Part shown: one piece after another, positions 56,221 through 64,000 of the stretch
Numbering within the stretch: the first letter of the stretch is position 1
Layout: each line of letters starts with the position of its first letter
Source of the DNA: Bacilli bacterium
GTDB taxonomy: Bacteria > Bacillota_I > Bacilli_A > RFN20 > CAG-826
Assembly: GCA_028705995.1 (NCBI GenBank)
Contig: JAQWCH010000001.1
Coordinates: 4,166-68,165, forward strand
Length of the DNA: 64,000 nucleotides
Direction of reading: 5' to 3'
The notes under the pieces: generated by a model
Seen by the model: only the letters and a program-made list of their open reading frames with translations
Databases searched by the model: none
What the model was told of the DNA's origin: nothing
Translations under genes and position numbers: made by a program

Positions 56221-58629
56221 ATGGGTTATGATTACAAAAATATCGAGCCAAAATGGCAAAAAATATGGCGGGAACGCGAAGAATATCGCGTTGATATGTA
56301 CGACTTTAGTAAGCCTAAATATTATGTGCTGGATATGTTTCCTTATCCATCTGGTCAAGGTTTACATGTTGGTCACGCCGAAGGCTATACAGCAAGTGAT
56401 ATAATCGCCCGAATGAAACGCATGCAAGGCTATAACGTTTTGCATCCAATCGGCTGGGATGCTTTTGGCCTACCCGCCGAACAATATGCGATTAAAACAA
56501 ATCATCACCCCATGGAATTTACCAAACATAACATTGATAATTTCCGTGTGCAAATTCAAAAACTTGGATTTAGTTATGACTGGTCTAAGGAAATCAATAC
56601 AACAGATCCCAGTTATTATCACTGGACCCAGTGGATTTTTAAAAAAATGTTTGATCATGATCTCGCTTATGTTGATGAAAAGCCGGTAAATTTTTGTCCA
56701 GAACTCGGTACCGTGCTGGCTAACGAAGAAGTAATTGATGGTCATTCAGAAGTTGGTGGCTACCCAGTAATCCGCAAAATGATGCGGCAATGGGTGTTAC
56801 GGATTACAAGTTATGCGGAAAAATTACTTGCGGGTTTTGATCAAATCGATTGGCCGGTGTCAACACTGGAAATGCAAAAAAACTGGATTGGTCGCTCGGA
56901 AGGCGCTGTGATTACTTTTCAAGTTGATCACCAGCCGGAATTATCATTTGAAGTTTTTACAACGCGGGTCGATACTCTTTATGGTTGCTCTTATTGTTGC
57001 CTTGCCCCCGAGCATCCATTAGTCCAACAAATTGTGACCCCCGAGCAAGCACGTGCTGTACAAGTTTATATTGCTGAAGTCGGTCGTAAAAGCGATCTTG
57101 ACCGGACAGAATTAAACAAAGATAAATCCGGTTGTTTTTTAGGTGCTTATGCGATTAATCCAATTAACAACAAACGTGTTCCAATCTATATTGCCGACTA
57201 TGTTCTACTGAGCTATGGTAGTGGCGCTGTAATGGCAGTGCCTGCCCATGATCAACGCGATTATGAATTTGCTCATAAATATCAATTACCCCTGATTGCT
57301 GTTCTCGAAGGTGATATTTCATCGCAAGCAATGGTTGATGATGCGCCCCACATAAATTCGGATATTGCCAATGGCTTGTTGATAGCGGAAGCAAAAACGG
57401 TCATTTTAAATAAACTTATTAGTCAAAATGCTGGTCGTAAGTCAATCAATTATAAGCTTCGTGACTGGTTATTCAGTCGTCAACGTTACTGGGGGGAACC
57501 AATCCCAACCGCAACCTATCTTGATACGGGTGAGATTTTTGTGTTACCCGAAGATCAACTGCCATTAGTGTTACCGGACTTAGCCGAATATAAACCATCG
57601 GGAACTGGAGAATCACCACTTGTTCATGCAAAAGATTGGTTGAATTTTTCGCTGGACGGCCGCGCTGCCATCCGTGAAACAAATACAATGCCGCAGTGGG
57701 CGGGATCTTGTTGGTATTACTTGCGTTATCTTGATCCGCATAATGATAAGATGATTGCCGACCCTAGTTTAATTAAACATTGGCTACCAGTTGATTTATA
57801 TATTGGTGGTGCCGAACATGCGGTCTTGCATTTACTGTACGCGCGTTTTTGGCACAAATTTTTATTAGATCAAAAAATAGTCTTTACACCCGAGCCATTT
57901 AAGCGTTTATTCCATCAAGGGATGATTCTTGGTAGCAATGGTGAAAAAATGTCGAAATCACGCGGTAACGTTGTAACGCCCGATGATATTATTGAAAATT
58001 ATGGGGCCGATACGCTACGTGTCTATGAAATGTTTATGGGCCCACTTGAGGCATCATTACCTTGGTCAGATAATGGACTTGATGGGGCTAAACGCTGGCT
58101 TGACCGTGTTGAACGCCTTTTCTCTGATGATGATTTACGTAAAAAAATCGTCAATGAAAATACCCAAGAATTAGACTATTCATACAATTATTTAGTTAAA
58201 AAAGTCACTGATGATTTTGAAAATTTACGTTTTAACACGGCGATTAGTCAAATGATGATATTTATTAATGATTGCTATAAAGCAAATACGATTTACCGCC
58301 AATATTTAATTGGTTTCGTGAAAATGCTTGCATGTATCGCCCCGCATTTAGGTGAAGAACTTTATCAGACACTCGGACATCAAGAGCTCGTTACGTATGC
58401 TCCTTGGCCGACCTATGAAGAAGCGAAACTTGTGCAAAATACGGAGAATATTGCTGTTCAAGTTAACGGGAAACTGCGCACCACTTTAAGCGTGGCGACT
58501 GATAGTACAAATGAAACTTTACAAATGTTAGCACTTGAAGATGAAGCAATCAAAAAACACACAGCGGGATTGACGATTGTAAAAGTTATCATCGTTCCGC
58601 ATAAAATCGTCAATATCGTCGCACGGTAG
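56221..58629 (+). CDS. leuS: Leucine--tRNA ligase
   Basis: HVGH (HIGH-type) and KMSKS motifs. GGAGGA RBS before ATG 56221. The upstream 19 codons of ORF 56164 cover the T-box and are rejected. Confidence 0.95.
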   Translation: MGYDYKNIEPKWQKIWREREEYRVDMYDFSKPKYYVLDMFPYPSGQGLHVGHAEGYTASDIIARMKRMQGYNVLHPIGWDAFGLPAEQYAIKTNHHPMEFTKHNIDNFRVQIQKLGFSYDWSKEINTTDPSYYHWTQWIFKKMFDHDLAYVDEKPVNFCPELGTVLANEEVIDGHSEVGGYPVIRKMMRQWVLRITSYAEKLLAGFDQIDWPVSTLEMQKNWIGRSEGAVITFQVDHQPELSFEVFTTRVDTLYGCSYCCLAPEHPLVQQIVTPEQARAVQVYIAEVGRKSDLDRTELNKDKSGCFLGAYAINPINNKRVPIYIADYVLLSYGSGAVMAVPAHDQRDYEFAHKYQLPLIAVLEGDISSQAMVDDAPHINSDIANGLLIAEAKTVILNKLISQNAGRKSINYKLRDWLFSRQRYWGEPIPTATYLDTGEIFVLPEDQLPLVLPDLAEYKPSGTGESPLVHAKDWLNFSLDGRAAIRETNTMPQWAGSCWYYLRYLDPHNDKMIADPSLIKHWLPVDLYIGGAEHAVLHLLYARFWHKFLLDQKIVFTPEPFKRLFHQGMILGSNGEKMSKSRGNVVTPDDIIENYGADTLRVYEMFMGPLEASLPWSDNGLDGAKRWLDRVERLFSDDDLRKKIVNENTQELDYSYNYLVKKVTDDFENLRFNTAISQMMIFINDCYKANTIYRQYLIGFVKMLACIAPHLGEELYQTLGHQELVTYAPWPTYEEAKLVQNTENIAVQVNGKLRTTLSVATDSTNETLQMLALEDEAIKKHTAGLTIVKVIIVPHKIVNIVAR

Positions 58630-58636
58630 GAAATTT

Positions 58637-60775
58637 ATGAATATAAATCTCCAACTCGCGCAAGAATTAGCTCTGAGCGAACAACAAGTTAATACCGTCA
58701 TCAATCTAATCAATGATGGCAATACAATTCCGTTCATCGCCCGTTATCGCAAGGAAATGACCGGTAGTCTTGATGATGAAGTATTGCGCAAATTTGATGA
58801 GCGCTATCGATATTTATTAAATTTTACCCAACGACTTTCAACAATTGAAAAAAGTATAGCGGAACAAGATAAACTTACAGATGAGATTGCCAAAGCCTTG
58901 CAAGATGCTACAACATTAGCGGAACTTGAAGACATTTATCGTCCTTATAAACCAAAACGCGAAACACGTGGTTCAAAAGCACTTGATGCGAACTTAGGGC
59001 CATTAAGTGAAATAATTGAAAAGCAAAACGATCGTCGGCCTTTTAAAGATATTGTCGCGCCATTTATAGATGTAGAAAAAGGTATTAATAATGAAATCGA
59101 TGCATTAGCAGGTGCGCTTGATATCATTGCCGAACGGATTGCTGATGTAGCTAAATACCGGCAACAAATACGATTAATTATTAAACATTTTGGGAAAATC
59201 ACGACTAGTAAAAACGGAAATGACCAAGATGGTGTTTTTCAGATGTATTACGATTATCAAGAAGCTGTTAGCGCAATTCGTCCGCACCGCGTTTTAGCGA
59301 TCAATCGCGGTGAAAAACAAAAAGTTTTAAAAGTTAATATCGTGATTAATGACGATGATGCAGTTGAATTTATTGCTAAACAAGAATTGCTCAGCAATGG
59401 AATATTTAAAGCGGAAATGCAGCGGGCGATAAAAGATAGTTACAAACGCTTAATTTTTCCCTCGCTTGTTAATGAAATTCGTGCGGAGTTAACGGAAATC
59501 TCTGAAGATGCTTCGATGGAAGTATTTCAAGCTAACTTGAAACAATTACTACTTGAAGCGCCACTTGTTGGTAAAACAATTTTAGGTTTTGATCCAGCTT
59601 TTCGGACCGGATGTAAACTCGCGGTGATTGATAAAAATGGCCAAGTGCTTGATAAAACAGTAATTTATCCAACACTTCCGCACCAAGATGTTAAAGGTGC
59701 GCGTGCGAAACTCAAACAATTAATAACAAAATATCAAATCGATTACATCGCTCTAGGTAATGGAACTGCTTCGCGGGAGTCTGAACAATTTTTACGGACT
59801 TTTATCGAAGAAGAGCATCTCACGGTTCGCTATATCATTGTTTCAGAAGCCGGCGCATCAGTTTATTCCGCTTCAAAATTAGGCGCAGAAGAATTCCCAA
59901 CTTATCACGTTGAAGAGCGCAGTGCTGTGAGCATTGCCCGACGTTTACTTGATCCACTTGCCGAGCTCGTTAAAATCGATCCAAAAGCGATTGGTGTTGG
60001 TCAATATCAACACGATATGAATCAAAAGAAATTAGGGGAACGCCTAAGTAGCGTCGTTGAAGATTGTGTGAATAGTGTTGGAGTTAATGTAAATAATGCC
60101 TCAATTTCGCTATTAACGTATGTTTCGGGTATCAGCAAAACAATTGCCCAAAACATTGTTATTTATCGAGCAGAAAATGGCCCTTTCATTAAACGTGAAC
60201 AACTATTAAAAGTCGCAAAACTTGGCCCCAAAGCCTATGAACAGTGTGCGGGATTTTTACGTATTCCAAATCACAATCCGCTCGATAATACCGCTGTTCA
60301 TCCCGAATCATATGCTGTCACAAAAAAACTTTTACAAGTTGCTAATTTAAATATCGATCATATTGCGACCGATCAGTTTGCTACCACCTTAAAAACGCTT
60401 AATCTTAATGCTATAGCTAGTCAATTAAAGGTCGGATTACCTACTTTAAATGATATCGTTAATGAACTATTAAAACCTGGACGCGATCCGCGTTTAGAAG
60501 CAGTTGGAGCGCATTTAAGTCATGAAATTACTGATATCAAAGATTTAAAAATTGGTTTAATTCTTGAAGGAACTGTGCGTAACATTATGGATTTTGGTTG
60601 CTTTGTTGATATTGGTGTTCATGTTGATGGTCTTGTTCATATTAGCGAGATTGCCAACCAATTTATTAAGCATCCACTTGATGCTGTATCCGTTAATCAA
60701 GTTGTAAAAGTCAAAGTGATTGGTATCGATCTTGCCCGTAAACGCATCTCTTTATCAATTAAACAAGCACGCTAA
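58637..60775 (+). CDS. tex: Tex-like transcription accessory protein (YqgF/HhH/S1 domains)
   Basis: 712 aa. N-terminal IPFIARYRKE motif and a C-terminal S1 domain (GTVRNIMDFGCFVDIG..DGLVHISE). Confidence 0.9.
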   Translation: MNINLQLAQELALSEQQVNTVINLINDGNTIPFIARYRKEMTGSLDDEVLRKFDERYRYLLNFTQRLSTIEKSIAEQDKLTDEIAKALQDATTLAELEDIYRPYKPKRETRGSKALDANLGPLSEIIEKQNDRRPFKDIVAPFIDVEKGINNEIDALAGALDIIAERIADVAKYRQQIRLIIKHFGKITTSKNGNDQDGVFQMYYDYQEAVSAIRPHRVLAINRGEKQKVLKVNIVINDDDAVEFIAKQELLSNGIFKAEMQRAIKDSYKRLIFPSLVNEIRAELTEISEDASMEVFQANLKQLLLEAPLVGKTILGFDPAFRTGCKLAVIDKNGQVLDKTVIYPTLPHQDVKGARAKLKQLITKYQIDYIALGNGTASRESEQFLRTFIEEEHLTVRYIIVSEAGASVYSASKLGAEEFPTYHVEERSAVSIARRLLDPLAELVKIDPKAIGVGQYQHDMNQKKLGERLSSVVEDCVNSVGVNVNNASISLLTYVSGISKTIAQNIVIYRAENGPFIKREQLLKVAKLGPKAYEQCAGFLRIPNHNPLDNTAVHPESYAVTKKLLQVANLNIDHIATDQFATTLKTLNLNAIASQLKVGLPTLNDIVNELLKPGRDPRLEAVGAHLSHEITDIKDLKIGLILEGTVRNIMDFGCFVDIGVHVDGLVHISEIANQFIKHPLDAVSVNQVVKVKVIGIDLARKRISLSIKQAR

Positions 60776-60853
60776 TTGTTGTAACTAACAAAAAGCATTA
60801 TAATTTATGTGCACGATACCTAGATTTCTAGGATGGTAGCGGAGGAAAAACAT

Positions 60854-61633
60854 ATGATTTTGACCGTGGATTTAGGCAATACCGCCATCCATTTGGGATT
60901 TTATCAAGGTGATACCTTGGTAAAAACATGGGCGACTTCAAGCGATTTACGTAAAGAAAAGAGCGAATATCTTACGCTCTTTAAACGTTATATCAGTGAT
61001 GAAGGTATCGATCCGACCCAAGTGCAGGGTGGTATTTTATCTTCTGTTGTCCCGCCTTTAACAAATGTAATTAAAGAAGTGTTTGAAAAACTATTTGATA
61101 TTAGAATACAAGTTGTTGGTCGGCGTTTAAAAACTGGATTAGCAATTCATATTGATAAGCCCGATGAACTTGGAGCAGATTTAGTCGCAAGTGCGGTTGG
61201 TGCCAAAGATAAATTCGGTTTTCCGCTTTTAATTATTGATTTAGGAACTGCGAATAAAATTTCGATTATTGATCAAACAGGTGCATTTATCGGAGCTGTA
61301 TTTACTTCCGGTTTACGCGTGTCAATTGATGCCCTTATTGTTAAGACCGCACAACTCCCGCATGTTTCGTTGGAACGTCCAACCCACGTGATTGGAAGAA
61401 ACACGATTGATGCAATGAATTCTGGCGCAACTTATGGTACGGCTAGTATGCTAACTGGTCTAATTGGTAAAATTGAACAAGAACTCGGATATCAAACTAA
61501 ACATATTCTTTTGGGCGGAAATGCTCCGTTTGTTCGCGAACTTTTAGCCGATAATGTGATCTATGCCCCCGATTTACAACATTGGGGATTAAAACTTATT
61601 TATGATAAAAATTTTGGAGAACGTTCTTTATGA
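60854..61633 (+). CDS. coaX: Type III pantothenate kinase
   Basis: MILTVDLGNT N-terminus, IIDLGTA and other ASKHA motifs. GGAGGA RBS before ATG 60854. Confidence 0.9.
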   Translation: MILTVDLGNTAIHLGFYQGDTLVKTWATSSDLRKEKSEYLTLFKRYISDEGIDPTQVQGGILSSVVPPLTNVIKEVFEKLFDIRIQVVGRRLKTGLAIHIDKPDELGADLVASAVGAKDKFGFPLLIIDLGTANKISIIDQTGAFIGAVFTSGLRVSIDALIVKTAQLPHVSLERPTHVIGRNTIDAMNSGATYGTASMLTGLIGKIEQELGYQTKHILLGGNAPFVRELLADNVIYAPDLQHWGLKLIYDKNFGERSL

Positions 61634-62247
61634 GTAACCCGCGGATTCGCGCAATAACATTGGATGCGATGTTTATCGCCATCCTCGCGCTGATGACTTT
61701 TATCCCACAATTTGGTTTCATTTTTGTTAATGCCAATCTATCGTTGACATTAATTCCGTTACCAGTACTAATCGGTGTTTATATTGGTGGTTATAAACGC
61801 GGGATTATTTATGGCACAGCTTTTGGTGTCTTAAGTTTTATTAAAGCTTTATCATCACCAGGAACGGATTCGTTACTTTTCACTAATCCGGTGGTAGCAA
61901 TTGCGCCGCGGATTATTTTTGGTCTTATCGCCGCTTTCTTATTTGCCGTTGTTAAACGTTATTTTAGTGAAAAAAAAGGCTATCTAATTTACCTCGGAAT
62001 CGCAAGTGGCATTGCCTCATTACTACATGGAATCATCACCTTAACATTTGCTGGGATTTTCTTCCCGCAAATTTGGCCATTATTCCTTCTTATTCTTTTA
62101 ACAAATACGACAGTGGAAGCAGCTGTAAGCGGAATCCTTGTTCCAATAATTATTTCCGCTTTGCGAGTGATTTTACTACATTATGATTTAGGTATCACAA
62201 AAACCAATAAACGGGTTTCTCATGATGAAATTACTCCAGAAAAATAG
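61630..62247 (+). CDS. ECF transporter S component (possibly pantothenate-specific, PanT-like)
   Basis: 205 aa, 5-6 TM helices, an N-terminus typical of ECF substrate-capture subunits. 4-nt overlap with coaX. Confidence 0.65.
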   Translation: MSNPRIRAITLDAMFIAILALMTFIPQFGFIFVNANLSLTLIPLPVLIGVYIGGYKRGIIYGTAFGVLSFIKALSSPGTDSLLFTNPVVAIAPRIIFGLIAAFLFAVVKRYFSEKKGYLIYLGIASGIASLLHGIITLTFAGIFFPQIWPLFLLILLTNTTVEAAVSGILVPIIISALRVILLHYDLGITKTNKRVSHDEITPEK

Positions 62248-62273
62248 TAAAATAGACCTTGGAGTTAAAAGTT

Positions 62274-63647
62274 ATGGAAATTGATTATAAAAAACTTGTA
62301 TCGCCGTATATGACCACGGCCATAAATAATCTTGCTGAATGGATTAAAATTCCCTCCGTGCTCGATAATAGCAGTGTAAAAAAAGGTGCCCCATTTGGAC
62401 CTGAAGTGCAAAAAGCTCTTCAATACATCGGTCAATTAGCAGAAAACGATGGTTTTAATGTTGATTATTGCGATGGTTATTGCACAGAAATTTCATTTGG
62501 AAATGGTCCGCGCACAATTGGGATTTATGCACACGCTGATGTTGTGCCTGCGACTGGAAATTGGAAACATCCCGCTTTTGGCGGGCAGATTGATCAAGGA
62601 AAAATGTTTGGCCGCGGGACGAGTGATGATAAAGGGCCAGCGATGAGTGCATATTATGCGCTTAAAGCTTTAAAAGATGGCAATTTAATTAATAATTTTC
62701 GCGTTGTACTCGTAATTGGCGGAAATGAAGAAAATGGTAGTCGGTGTCTTGACTATTACTTTCATATTCTTAAAAAGCCTTATGCTGATTTTGGTTTTAC
62801 ACCAGATGGGAATTTTCCGCTAATTTATGGTGAAAAAGCGATGAGCAATTTCACATTAGAAAGCGACATTGATTTCGCGCCAATCAGCGAAATTAATGCT
62901 GGCTTGGCGGGAAACCTCGTCATTGATCAAGCAATTGCTAAGGTGCAATATGATGAAAACATTTTACCGGCACTCGAAACTAGTGGCTATTCTTACCAAT
63001 TTGTAAAAGAAGGCGCGCGTGCCGTTATTACTATCTTTGGAAAAAGTGCGCATGGTTCAGTGCCCCATCTTGGTGATAATGCCGGTTTAAAACTTTTAGC
63101 TTTTCTTGGTGAATATTATCGTTTATATCCCCTGACTAAAATTGCGCGCTTATTCAAAGATTCTACCGGTCATGAACTTGGTGTATTTTGTGAAAGCGAA
63201 GCACTCCATCAAACAACACTTAATGTGGGTATTATTTCTTATAATAATCAACATTTCTCAATGCTTGTGAATTTCCGCTATCCAGAAATTGTTGAACCTG
63301 TTTCGACGTTAGCAAAGATTCAAGATGAAAGTCAGCCATTTGTGGTGAATTTAAAATCTGAAGCCCCCTATTTGTTATTCAATCCCGAGAGTTCTTTTAT
63401 TAAGACACTTCTTAATGTATATCAAGTTGAAACTGGTGATTATACTCATTTACCAGAAACTATCGGTGGCGGAACTTATGCAAAAGAAGCAAAAAACACG
63501 GTTGCTTTTGGATCGGCTTTTCCTGGAAGAGATGATTTAATTCATTCACCGGATGAACACATTCACCTCAGTGATTTTGAATTATCAATGGCGTTATATG
63601 CCCACGCTATTTATGACTTAGGGAGTAAAGATGCGCTTAAAATATAG
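62274..63647 (+). CDS. pepV: M20 family dipeptidase (PepV/Sapep-like)
   Basis: HADVVP, GRGTSDDKGP and GGNEENG metal and catalytic motifs. About 457 aa from ATG 62274. Confidence 0.8.
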   Translation: MEIDYKKLVSPYMTTAINNLAEWIKIPSVLDNSSVKKGAPFGPEVQKALQYIGQLAENDGFNVDYCDGYCTEISFGNGPRTIGIYAHADVVPATGNWKHPAFGGQIDQGKMFGRGTSDDKGPAMSAYYALKALKDGNLINNFRVVLVIGGNEENGSRCLDYYFHILKKPYADFGFTPDGNFPLIYGEKAMSNFTLESDIDFAPISEINAGLAGNLVIDQAIAKVQYDENILPALETSGYSYQFVKEGARAVITIFGKSAHGSVPHLGDNAGLKLLAFLGEYYRLYPLTKIARLFKDSTGHELGVFCESEALHQTTLNVGIISYNNQHFSMLVNFRYPEIVEPVSTLAKIQDESQPFVVNLKSEAPYLLFNPESSFIKTLLNVYQVETGDYTHLPETIGGGTYAKEAKNTVAFGSAFPGRDDLIHSPDEHIHLSDFELSMALYAHAIYDLGSKDALKI

Positions 63648-64000
63648 ATCGTGGGCGCTCCCCTATTTATTGAGCCATAAAGAAGTCGTATTTGATCGTC
63701 CGGATATTGACACTCCGGAGTTTCTATCCTTGTTTGCGCAACCAGAAACAATGTTAGAAATTGGGGCGGGCAAGGGTGATTTTATCATTGAGATGGGTTT
63801 AAATCATCCCAATCAACGGTTTATTGCTGTAGAAAAAAATCTTAGTGCAGCAGCGATTACTGCCAAGAAAATTGTTGAAAACAAATTGAGTAATGTTTTT
63901 GTCATCTATGAAGATGTTAATAACTTTATTAAAAAAATCCCAAGTGCGAGCATTCAAAAGATTTTTTTAAATTTCTCTGATCCTTGGCCGAAAGTCCGTC
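63631..64000 (+). CDS. trmB: tRNA (guanine-N7)-methyltransferase TrmB (3' truncated by the window end)
   Basis: Hand-translated MRLKYRSWALPYL...LEIGAGKGDF...FSDPWPK. GGGAG RBS at 63621. Overlaps the pepV-like 3' end by 17 nt. Confidence 0.85.
   Translation, partial: MRLKYRSWALPYLLSHKEVVFDRPDIDTPEFLSLFAQPETMLEIGAGKGDFIIEMGLNHPNQRFIAVEKNLSAAAITAKKIVENKLSNVFVIYEDVNNFIKKIPSASIQKIFLNFSDPWPKVR

Overview
This is a dense, almost fully coding 64-kb chromosomal segment from a low-GC bacterium of the Gram-positive lineage. Gene content and order resemble Firmicutes, or Acholeplasma/Erysipelotrichia-like genomes. The standard genetic code applies, with TGA acting as a stop. I call about 60 CDS, two tRNAs (Asp-GUC, Gly-UCC), one T-box leader (leuS), several intrinsic terminators and a few promoter/operator candidates. 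Most genes are housekeeping: a NatAB-like ABC exporter, eno, NUDIX, rdgB, trxA, glpK, an addAB-type helicase-nuclease, mscS, ppa, trmL, rqcH, gmk, priA, the rsmB-like/rlmN/PP2C phosphatase/Hanks kinase/rpe block, corA, rpmB, glgCDA, leuS, tex, coaX plus an ECF S-component, a pepV-like dipeptidase and a partial trmB. There are two accessory regions. (i) A roughly 10-kb beta-glucoside/cellobiose locus sits inside the conserved rqcH-gmk-priA ... rsmB-rlmN-prpC-prkC-rpe ... rpmB synteny. It encodes a GH94 phosphorylase, a LacI regulator, a CUT1 ABC importer, a GH1 beta-glucosidase and a mutarotase. (ii) The best candidate for an unusual system is a translationally coupled three-gene kleisin/KITE/SMC-like operon at 46049-51494 (479, 209 and 1125 aa; Wadjet JetABC / MukFEB-MksFEB-like). 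It ends in a strong terminator with no JetD/MksG-type nuclease gene. Other oddities are an RsmB homolog lacking both catalytic cysteines and a degenerate SAM motif, a kinase-domain-only PrkC homolog, and a small protein with a His6/Cys-rich acidic tail. There is also an orphan 377-aa gene behind addA, an AddB-like protein without a Walker A motif, two CxxC lipoproteins, and several apparently leaderless gene starts. I saw no CRISPR array, transposase, integrase or prophage genes. All family assignments come from motifs read by eye and recalled family knowledge. No database search was run.
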